From positions 7,657 through 71,656 of the forward strand of contig JAQBYC010000002.1 of the NCBI GenBank assembly GCA_027623205.1: 64,000 nucleotides of DNA, read 5' to 3'. The translations under genes were made by a program, and so were the position numbers. Below, piece after piece: positions 56,837 through 64,000 of this stretch (positions are counted from its first letter, which is position 1; every line of letters starts with the position of its first letter). The notes beneath the pieces are model-generated. The model searched no databases and was not told the DNA's origin. It was given only the letters and a program-made list of their open reading frames with translations. This DNA comes from Pseudomonadota bacterium. GTDB taxonomy: Bacteria; Pseudomonadota; Alphaproteobacteria; GCA-2731375.

Positions 56837-58113
56837 ACTTTTTCCAGGCCACACCATTCCGCGATGAACAGCGCCATGGCCTGGGTATTCCGGCGCACTG
56901 ATTCCAAATTGACCCGTTCGTCAAAACCATGGATCGCATCGGATCGCGGACCATAGACCAGGCCAGGAATGCCTGCATAGAGTCCGAAAAATCGCGCATC
57001 GGTGGTTGCCGTGGTGGCATGCGACAGCAATGCCTGACCATAGGCCTCGCCGTGAGCCCAGCCCAGGGCCGCCTCCGCTTCGTCGGCACCTTGCAGGATA
57101 TAACCTTCGGCCAGAAAGCCGTTATAGACAATTTGCGGCGGCGCGTTGCGCAGAAAGGCGTCCTGGGACGCCGCCTGGCGGATGCAGTCTTCCAACTCCG
57201 CCTGCCGGGCCTGCAGATCGTCGCCGGGATAGATCGCCACGCGAAGATCGAAGACGCACCAGGACGGCACGGACGAAGCCCAATCACCGCCTTCGATTTT
57301 ACCGACGTTGAAATTGATCGGGTGATCATGGTCGGCATAATGGGGTTGATCGAACCGCTCGGCGTTCCACATTTTCTCCAGTTCCTTCAAACCCTGGATC
57401 AAAACAAAAGCCGCATCGATGGCGTTTGAGCCGGTGCCCGCATAGGCGACGTGGACGGGAATACCCTGAACCTTGATCTGCAGCCAGATTACGCCGATCT
57501 GGGCCCGGACCAGGCTGTCACCCATGGGTTCCGGGATCAACGCCGCCGCCGCCCGGTAACCCCGCGCCAAACAGGCCAGGGCACCATTGCCGGTGCATTC
57601 CTCTTCGACCACGGATTGCAGGAAGACATCCGCCGCAGGCCGCAGGCCAAGGGCCCGCAGGGCCCGCAGGGCATACATGGCGCCGACCAGTCCGGCTTTC
57701 ATATCGCCGGCGCCGCGGCCATACATCCAGCCGCCATCGATGCGCGGCTGGTACGGCGGCGAGGTCCACATCTCGTGCGGTCCCTCGGGCACCACATCGA
57801 TATGGCCGTTCAAGATCAGAGAGCGGCCCTTGGGGTTTTCGCAGCGGTGGCCACCGACCACGTTGAAGGCGTTGTCATAGTCCGTATAGACCGGCGAGAA
57901 GCCCGGCAGATGGCTGATCTGATCCACCTCGATCTGCCAACGATCGACGGCCAAACCCTGCGCGCGCATGGCCTGGGCCATGAAGTCCTGGGCGGTATGC
58001 TCCCGGCCCCGGCGCGACGGGAATTTTACCAGCTCGGCGGTAAAATCCACCTGCTCGTCAAAGCCGGCATCGACCGCATCCTTGATCTTCCCGGCAATAG
58101 CGCTTTCAAGCAT
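56833..58113 (-). CDS. M20 family metallopeptidase (ArgE/DapE/CPG2-like)
   Basis: Metal-ligand motifs HIDVV, GAGDMK and EEE. The dimerisation-domain pattern. Start at the internal ATG at 58113 (426 aa). The track ORF extends to 58194. Confidence 0.7.
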   Translation of the reverse strand: MLESAIAGKIKDAVDAGFDEQVDFTAELVKFPSRRGREHTAQDFMAQAMRAQGLAVDRWQIEVDQISHLPGFSPVYTDYDNAFNVVGGHRCENPKGRSLILNGHIDVVPEGPHEMWTSPPYQPRIDGGWMYGRGAGDMKAGLVGAMYALRALRALGLRPAADVFLQSVVEEECTGNGALACLARGYRAAAALIPEPMGDSLVRAQIGVIWLQIKVQGIPVHVAYAGTGSNAIDAAFVLIQGLKELEKMWNAERFDQPHYADHDHPINFNVGKIEGGDWASSVPSWCVFDLRVAIYPGDDLQARQAELEDCIRQAASQDAFLRNAPPQIVYNGFLAEGYILQGADEAEAALGWAHGEAYGQALLSHATTATTDARFFGLYAGIPGLVYGPRSDAIHGFDERVNLESVRRNTQAMALFIAEWCGLEKV

Positions 58114-58194
58114 CGGCCTACGCTCCCACAGTATTGACCACAGAATAGGGATAATGGCCGGCGGAAACCAGTCCGAAGATGCGGATTCCATCAA

Positions 58195-58499
58195 GGAAAA
58201 TTAAAGAAAGAATAAACGCTTGATTTATCCGGGGGGATTGGCGAGTATTGTCACTAGGTGCAGGGAGCGCCAACAAGAAAAAATCATGTGTGAGATTAAG
58301 TATTCAAAGAATAATCTCCGTAATTAGCTTGTAGAACTCAAGAATCTGTAAAAATCACAAAATCTTTCATAACTATACTTCATTTAGTCTTTGAGTTCTT
58401 TATTATTAGTTGCGTAATACGATAACCGAACAAGGAAAGGTGCCGCTCGTACTAGGACTCTCACGACCGGAATTCGTACTTATGGGCGGTAATGGCAAC
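58195..58499 (+). promoter_or_regulatory. AT-rich (~35% GC) divergent promoter/operator region between the M20 peptidase gene and the ABC transporter operon
   Basis: Very low GC relative to the window. Imperfect inverted repeat AGAACTCAAGA (58333-58343) / TCTTTGAGTTCT (58388-58399). Several A-tracts. Confidence 0.3.
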
Positions 58500-60092
58500 A
58501 TGAAGAGAATTGACCAGTTGCAACAATTGGCTCAAAACAGCAAGATCAGCCGGCGGCATTTCATGTCCCAGGCGACGGCCATGGGCATCACGGCGGCGGC
58601 GGCCTCCACGATGTGGAGCCGCACCGTCAAGGCGGCCCCGAAACGTGGCGGCAAAATGCGTTTCGGCAGCGGCCATGGCAGCACCACCGACACTCTGGAT
58701 CCAGCCACCTATGCGAATGGCGGCATTATCCATCAAGGTTACGGCATGCGAAATCACCTCTCTGAGGTGGATAACGATGGCACATTGGTGCCCGAATTGG
58801 CGGAAGGTTGGGAAGCCTCGGACGATGCCACCGAATGGGTCTTCAAATTGCGCAAGGGCGTGGAATTCCACAACGGCAAGACCATGGACGCCACGGATGT
58901 GATAGATTCCCTAAACCATCACCGCGGCAAGGAGTCCAAATCCGCCGCCAAACCGCTGCTGGCGCCAATCAACGAATTGAAGGCCGACGGCAAGGACAAA
59001 GTTGTTTTCAAACTGGCCGGCGGCAGTGCTGACTTCCCCTATACCGTCAGCGATTATCACCTCGCCATCATGCCGTCCATGGGCGATGGCAAGGTTGATT
59101 GGCGATCGGGCATAGGCACGGGCGCCTATATCAAGGACAAGTTCGAGCCGGGTGTCCGCAGTACTTTCAAACGCAATCCGAATTATTTCAAATCGGGCCG
59201 CGGCCACTTTGACGAAGTGGAATTTCTGACGATCGGCGACGTCGTGGCGCGGACGAACGCGCTGTCCACGGGTGAGATCGACGCCATGAACCGGTGCGAT
59301 CTTAAGACGGTGCATCTGTTGAAGCGGCGAAAAGGCGTGCGTGTGGAAGAAGTCACGGGCACCTTGCATTACACCATTCCCATGCATACCGACGTGGCGC
59401 CGTTCGATAACAACGATGTACGCTTGGCCTTGAAATATTCGTTGGACCGCGAGGTCCTGTTGAAGACTATTCTGCGCGGCCATGGCGTCATCGGCAATGA
59501 CCATCCCATCAGCACCGCCAACCGCTATCACAATAGCGAGCTGCCACAGCGGAAATACGATCTGGACAAAGCGAAATTCCATCTGAAGAAGGCGGGCCTG
59601 ACCGCGCTGACCGTGGATCTGTCTGCCGCCGATGCCGCCTTTGTCGGCGCCGTGGACGCCGCTGTTCTTTACAAGGAGCAGGCGGCCAAGGCCGGCATCA
59701 ACATCAACGTCGTCCGGGAGCCGAATGATGGCTATTGGTCCAATGTCTGGCTGAAGAAGCCCTGGTGCATGGTCTATTGGGGCGGCCGTCCGACCGAAGA
59801 TATGATGTTCTCGCAATCCTTGGCCCAGGGCGCTGATTGGAATGAAAGCCATTTTTCAAACAAGCGCTTCAACGAACTGCTGGTTCAGGCGAGAGCGGAA
59901 TTGGATGAGGCCAAGCGCCGCGGCATGTACGAAGAGATGCAGGTCATCGTGAATAGGGACGGCGGCACGGTCGTACCCCTGTTTGCCAACTATGTTTTCG
60001 CGATGTCTGACAAAATCCAACATGACGCCAAAATGGCGGGCAATTGGGACATGGATGGCGACAAAGCGATCGAGCGTTGGTGGTTCGGATAA
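58500..60092 (+). CDS. ABC transporter substrate-binding protein, family 5 (peptide/nickel/opine type) with Tat signal
   Basis: SRRHFMSQATAMGITAAAAS twin-arginine leader from the internal ATG at 58500. SBP_bac_5 architecture. Confidence 0.8.
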   Translation: MKRIDQLQQLAQNSKISRRHFMSQATAMGITAAAASTMWSRTVKAAPKRGGKMRFGSGHGSTTDTLDPATYANGGIIHQGYGMRNHLSEVDNDGTLVPELAEGWEASDDATEWVFKLRKGVEFHNGKTMDATDVIDSLNHHRGKESKSAAKPLLAPINELKADGKDKVVFKLAGGSADFPYTVSDYHLAIMPSMGDGKVDWRSGIGTGAYIKDKFEPGVRSTFKRNPNYFKSGRGHFDEVEFLTIGDVVARTNALSTGEIDAMNRCDLKTVHLLKRRKGVRVEEVTGTLHYTIPMHTDVAPFDNNDVRLALKYSLDREVLLKTILRGHGVIGNDHPISTANRYHNSELPQRKYDLDKAKFHLKKAGLTALTVDLSAADAAFVGAVDAAVLYKEQAAKAGININVVREPNDGYWSNVWLKKPWCMVYWGGRPTEDMMFSQSLAQGADWNESHFSNKRFNELLVQARAELDEAKRRGMYEEMQVIVNRDGGTVVPLFANYVFAMSDKIQHDAKMAGNWDMDGDKAIERWWFG

Positions 60093-60118
60093 GTCGAACC
60101 GCCTAGGCTGCTAGGTAA

Positions 60119-61075
60119 ATGCCGCAACTTGGAAGAATGGTGGCCCAGCGTTTGGCGCTGGGCCTCCTCACCTTGTTTATCGTTTCCTTGATTATCTTTC
60201 TTTGCGTTGAACTGCTGCCCGGTAATTTGGCCGAGGCCATATTGGGTCAGGCCGCGACGCCGGAAACCGTGGCCGCATTCAACAGAGAGCTTGGCTTGGA
60301 TTTGCCTCCGCACGAACGTTATATCGCGTGGCTGATCAACATTATGCAAGGGGATTTCGGCCGTTCATTGGCTAGCCAGCGGGAGATTTCCGAGTTACTG
60401 GGCAGCCGGCTGCAAAACACCCTGTTCCTGGCTGCTGTCGCCGCGGCGATCGCCGTTCCCTTGGCGGTCAGCCTGGGCATTTTGGCCGCGCTTTATCGCG
60501 AGAGCATCTTTGACCGGGCCGTCAATGCCGTCACGCTGACGTCAATTTCAGTCCCCGAATTCTTCGTGGCTTACATCTTAATTATCGTCTTATCGGTAAA
60601 TCTGGGTTGGTTTCCCTCCATATCCAACATCAACGACGGTCTGAGTTTCTGGGAGAAAGTATATCGCACCGCCCTTCCCGCCTTCACCCTGACGTTGGTA
60701 TGCGTCGCGCATATGATGCGCATGACCCGCGCCGCCATAATCAACCTGCTGGCCAGTCCATATATAGAAATGGCCCGTCTAAAAGGCCTGCGGCCGGGCC
60801 GGATCATCTTGAAGCACGCCCTGCCCAACGCCCTGGCGCCGATTATTAATGTCGTGGTGCTTAACCTGGCCTATCTGATTGTCGGCGTTGTCCTGGTGGA
60901 GGTGGTTTTTGTTTACCCGGGGATGGGGCAGTTACTGGTGGATTCCGTGGCGAAGCGGGATATCCCCGTGGTCCAGGCCTGTAGCCTGGTTTTCGCGGCA
61001 ACCTACATTCTGTTAAACCTGCTGGCTGATGTGCTCTCGATCATGAGCAACCCGCGACTATTGCATCCGCGGTGA
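60119..61075 (+). CDS. ABC transporter permease (DppB/OppB-like)
   Basis: Six TM helices and the BPD_transp_1 EAA-like loop. Confidence 0.8.
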   Translation: MPQLGRMVAQRLALGLLTLFIVSLIIFLCVELLPGNLAEAILGQAATPETVAAFNRELGLDLPPHERYIAWLINIMQGDFGRSLASQREISELLGSRLQNTLFLAAVAAAIAVPLAVSLGILAALYRESIFDRAVNAVTLTSISVPEFFVAYILIIVLSVNLGWFPSISNINDGLSFWEKVYRTALPAFTLTLVCVAHMMRMTRAAIINLLASPYIEMARLKGLRPGRIILKHALPNALAPIINVVVLNLAYLIVGVVLVEVVFVYPGMGQLLVDSVAKRDIPVVQACSLVFAATYILLNLLADVLSIMSNPRLLHPR

Positions 61076-61087
61076 GGGAGACATGAC

Positions 61088-62257
61088 ATGACCATGCCCC
61101 TCACCGGAAGTACCTTTAGCGGCCATGCCTCGCCCTGGTTCAGCCGGGTTGCCGTCGCAGCCGTGCATTTCTTCCTGCTGATATTGTTCCTGCAGAACGT
61201 TACGGTGGATTTTTGGAGCGCGATACCCGGCTTTGTTTTCATCCATGCCTATAGCGCCATAGTCCTGGTCTATTGGAGCCGCCTTGACCAGACGCCGGCC
61301 GGTGACACGGTGATCGTGACCCTTACGTTGGAATTTGTCCTGATCGCCATACTCTTCTGGGATAGTTTTAGTGCCTGGCCATGGTCTACGTTGTTCGGCC
61401 TTGCGTTGGTGCAGATATGTGCTTTCGCGGCTGTACGGTATTGGAGCGAGTTGCGGCAGGCACCCTATTCTGCTTGGTTCGGCCTGATCGTCATTCTGAT
61501 TTACATCATGGTAGCGGCCACCGCGCCAATCATTGCGCCTTTTGGCGAGACGGCGATTGTCGGCGCCGAATACGATGAATGGAGCGATAAACATCTACTA
61601 GGCACCGACAACTTGGGCCGTGACATGTTCACCCGCCTGATCTATGGCGGCCGAAATACCGTCGGCATCGCATTCATGACCACCGTCCTGGCCTTCGTCT
61701 TGGGCGGTCTGGCGGGATTGCTTGCGGCTGCCATGCGTGGCTGGATGGATCAAGTTTTGGGCCGCACGGTAGATACCCTGATGGCCATCCCATCGTTTAT
61801 TTTTGCCTTGTTGATCCTGACCATTGTCGGCACATCGGTCCCGTCCTTGATCGTCGTTATCGCGGTATTGGATGCGACCAAGGTCTTTCGTCTGGCCCGG
61901 GCCGTATCCATGAACGTCGTGGTGTTGGAATTCGTTGAGGCTGCCAGCCTTCGCGGCGAAGGTCTATGGTGGATAATCCGCAGCGAAATTTTGCCCAATA
62001 TCCTGCCGCCCCTGGTCGCCGAATTTGGCCTTCGCTTCTGTTTTGTATTCCTTTTCTTAAGCGGACTTAGCTTCCTTGGACTTGGGATCCAACCGCCCAC
62101 TGCCGATTGGGGCAGCATGGTGCGCGATAACGCGACGCTGATCACCTACGGCGACATCACCCCGCTGTTACCCGCCGCCGCCATTGCGCTGTTGACCATC
62201 GGAGTAAATTTCGTGGTGGACTGGTTCCTCCATAAAGCCAGCGGTTTAAAGGATTAG
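61088..62257 (+). CDS. ABC transporter permease (DppC/OppC-like) with a ~130-aa hydrophobic N-terminal extension
   Basis: DppC core: OppC_N-like segment ending APFGE, then GTDNLGRDMFTRLIYGG, then the permease domain. The extra N-terminal TM region suggests an uncertain start. Confidence 0.75.
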   Translation: MTMPLTGSTFSGHASPWFSRVAVAAVHFFLLILFLQNVTVDFWSAIPGFVFIHAYSAIVLVYWSRLDQTPAGDTVIVTLTLEFVLIAILFWDSFSAWPWSTLFGLALVQICAFAAVRYWSELRQAPYSAWFGLIVILIYIMVAATAPIIAPFGETAIVGAEYDEWSDKHLLGTDNLGRDMFTRLIYGGRNTVGIAFMTTVLAFVLGGLAGLLAAAMRGWMDQVLGRTVDTLMAIPSFIFALLILTIVGTSVPSLIVVIAVLDATKVFRLARAVSMNVVVLEFVEAASLRGEGLWWIIRSEILPNILPPLVAEFGLRFCFVFLFLSGLSFLGLGIQPPTADWGSMVRDNATLITYGDITPLLPAAAIALLTIGVNFVVDWFLHKASGLKD

Positions 62258-62262
62258 ACGCA

Positions 62263-63888
62263 GTGAGCGAGAGCAAAACACGCGACGTGCTGCTGAACAT
62301 GCATGGCCTGCGCATCGAGGGCCGTAGCGACGAAATTTGGCAGGAGATTGTGCATGGGGTCAACGTCATTTTACACCGTGGTGAAGTACTGGGCCTGATC
62401 GGAGAATCGGGCGCCGGCAAAAGCACCATCGGGCTAGCCGCCATGGGCTTCGCCCGCGACGGCTGTCGGATCTCCGGCGGCACGATCATGTTCGACGACG
62501 TCGATTTGGCCAAGGCATCGGACGACAGCCTGCGGCTGCTTCGTGGTAGCCGCATTGCCTATGTGGCGCAAAGCGCCGCGGCCGCCTTCAACCCGGCCCA
62601 TAAGTTGATCGACCAATATTGCGAAGCCCCTGTGCAGCACGGCATCATGCCCCGCGCGGAAGCAGAGAGCGACGCCATTGATCTATACGGCCGTTTGCAA
62701 CTGCCGGATCCAGGGGGCATTGGTTTCCGTTATCCCCATCAGGTGTCCGGCGGCCAGTTGCAGCGCGCCATGACCGCCATGGCCATGGCCTGCCGGCCGG
62801 ACCTTATTGTTTTTGACGAACCCACCACGGCGCTGGATGTCACGACCCAGATCGAGGTCTTGTCGGCGATCCGGGATATCGTCCGGCAATTCAATACCGC
62901 CGCGATCTATATCACCCATGACCTGGCCGTGGTCAGCCAAATGGCGGACCGCATCATGGTCCTGCGCCACGGCAACCTGGTCGAAGAGGGTGAAACCAGG
63001 GGCATGATCGAGGACCCGCAAAAGGATTACACGCGAGATTTATTGTCGGTGCGTTCATTCCGTAAGGAGATTTCACGGGAGCCAGACCCGGAGACCCCAT
63101 TATTGCGGGTCGAGAATATTTCCGCCGCGTACGGCAAAACCCCGGTTTTGTACAATGTCTCTATCGATATCCATCGCAAGCGGACTGTCGCGGTGGTCGG
63201 TGAATCCGGCAGCGGCAAAAGCACCTTGGCACGCGTCATCACCGGCCTGTTGCAACCCAGCGAGGGGCACGTCTATTACGATGGCGCGCCCATGCCACCG
63301 GATCACCGCAAGCGCAACAAGGACGAAAAGCGGCGTTTGCAAATGATCTATCAAATGCCCGACACCGCCATCAATCCTAAACAACGGGTCAGCACAATCA
63401 TCGGGCGACCGTTGGAGTTTTACCTTGGACTGCGTGGCGGGGATCGCGATGCACGGGTGCGCCAATTGCTGGAGATGATCGAACTGGACCCGGACGAATT
63501 CTTCGACCGTTTTCCCGGCGAGTTATCCGGTGGACAGAAACAGCGTATCTGTATCGCCCGTGCGCTGGCCGCCGAACCCGAGCTGATCATCTGCGACGAG
63601 GTCACCTCGGCCCTGGATCAGCTGGTGGCCGAGGAAATTCTGAAACTGCTGCAACGGCTGCAGGACGAACTGGGCCTGGCCTATATGTTCATCACCCATG
63701 ATCTGGCCACGGTGCGGGCCGTGGCGGATGAAATCGTGGTGATGCTGCAGGGTGAGGTGGTGGAACAGGGACCGAAAGAACAGGTCCTCACACCGCCGCA
63801 CCACGCGTATACCGAGCTGCTGTTGTCTTCCGTGCCCGAGATGGACCCGGATTGGCTGGATAATCTGCTGGAGCAACGGGCAAATTGA
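62263..63888 (+). CDS. Fused double ABC ATPase (DppD/DppF-type) of the peptide/opine transporter
   Basis: 541 aa. Two complete NBDs, each with Walker A ([18 protein letters not shown]), LSGGQ and Walker B. GTG start. Confidence 0.85.
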   Translation: MSESKTRDVLLNMHGLRIEGRSDEIWQEIVHGVNVILHRGEVLGLIGESGAGKSTIGLAAMGFARDGCRISGGTIMFDDVDLAKASDDSLRLLRGSRIAYVAQSAAAAFNPAHKLIDQYCEAPVQHGIMPRAEAESDAIDLYGRLQLPDPGGIGFRYPHQVSGGQLQRAMTAMAMACRPDLIVFDEPTTALDVTTQIEVLSAIRDIVRQFNTAAIYITHDLAVVSQMADRIMVLRHGNLVEEGETRGMIEDPQKDYTRDLLSVRSFRKEISREPDPETPLLRVENISAAYGKTPVLYNVSIDIHRKRTVAVVGESGSGKSTLARVITGLLQPSEGHVYYDGAPMPPDHRKRNKDEKRRLQMIYQMPDTAINPKQRVSTIIGRPLEFYLGLRGGDRDARVRQLLEMIELDPDEFFDRFPGELSGGQKQRICIARALAAEPELIICDEVTSALDQLVAEEILKLLQRLQDELGLAYMFITHDLATVRAVADEIVVMLQGEVVEQGPKEQVLTPPHHAYTELLLSSVPEMDPDWLDNLLEQRAN

Positions 63889-64000
63889 CAGGCTTTCTAG
63901 GGCGCGGCCGCGTACAGCGTGGCGTTGGCGCTCATATAATTCTCCCAGGCGAACCAATAGGCAATATGGCCGGCAACGCGTACCAGTTTTTCACCTTTTG

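Noticed and set aside
58911-59852. 313-aa minus-strand ORF inside the ABC SBP gene.
   Set aside because: Antisense artefact. The SBP has a Tat leader and family architecture.

Overview
This 64-kb window is a GC-rich (~63%) chromosomal segment that looks alphaproteobacterial. Coding density is high and almost entirely housekeeping. I found no rRNA, tRNA, CRISPR array, integrase or transposase.

Housekeeping genes recognised:
- dapF-mtaB-ftsY, translationally coupled.
- glyQ-glyS-ppdK.
- dnaN-recF-gyrB, with no dnaA adjacent.
- The conserved argH / small-lipoprotein / lysA / TIGR02302-like block, with tlpA divergent.
- gshA, rsmE, ubiA, cspA, ettA, mlaA-mlaC, fhs.
- A Dpp/Opp-type ABC transporter operon.

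Accessory features:
- A SoeABC-like cytoplasm-facing three-subunit molybdoenzyme.
- An orphan OmpR-type response regulator behind a ~400-bp AT-rich leader.
- An orphan TAXI TRAP solute receptor.
- A MarR / NlpC-P60 / MFS / carbamoylase block.

The most unusual thing read directly from the sequence is a dispersed ~100-bp intergenic repeat family that no ORF explains. There are seven clear copies (five on +, two on -) plus two possible degenerate remnants. All sit immediately next to gene ends. Most are bounded by CTAG/TTAG-like tetranucleotides that coincide with the stop codons of neighbouring genes. This is consistent with an IS5-type CTAG-targeting MITE or a structured small-RNA family.

Many long antisense ORFs in the track are GC-driven artefacts and were rejected.
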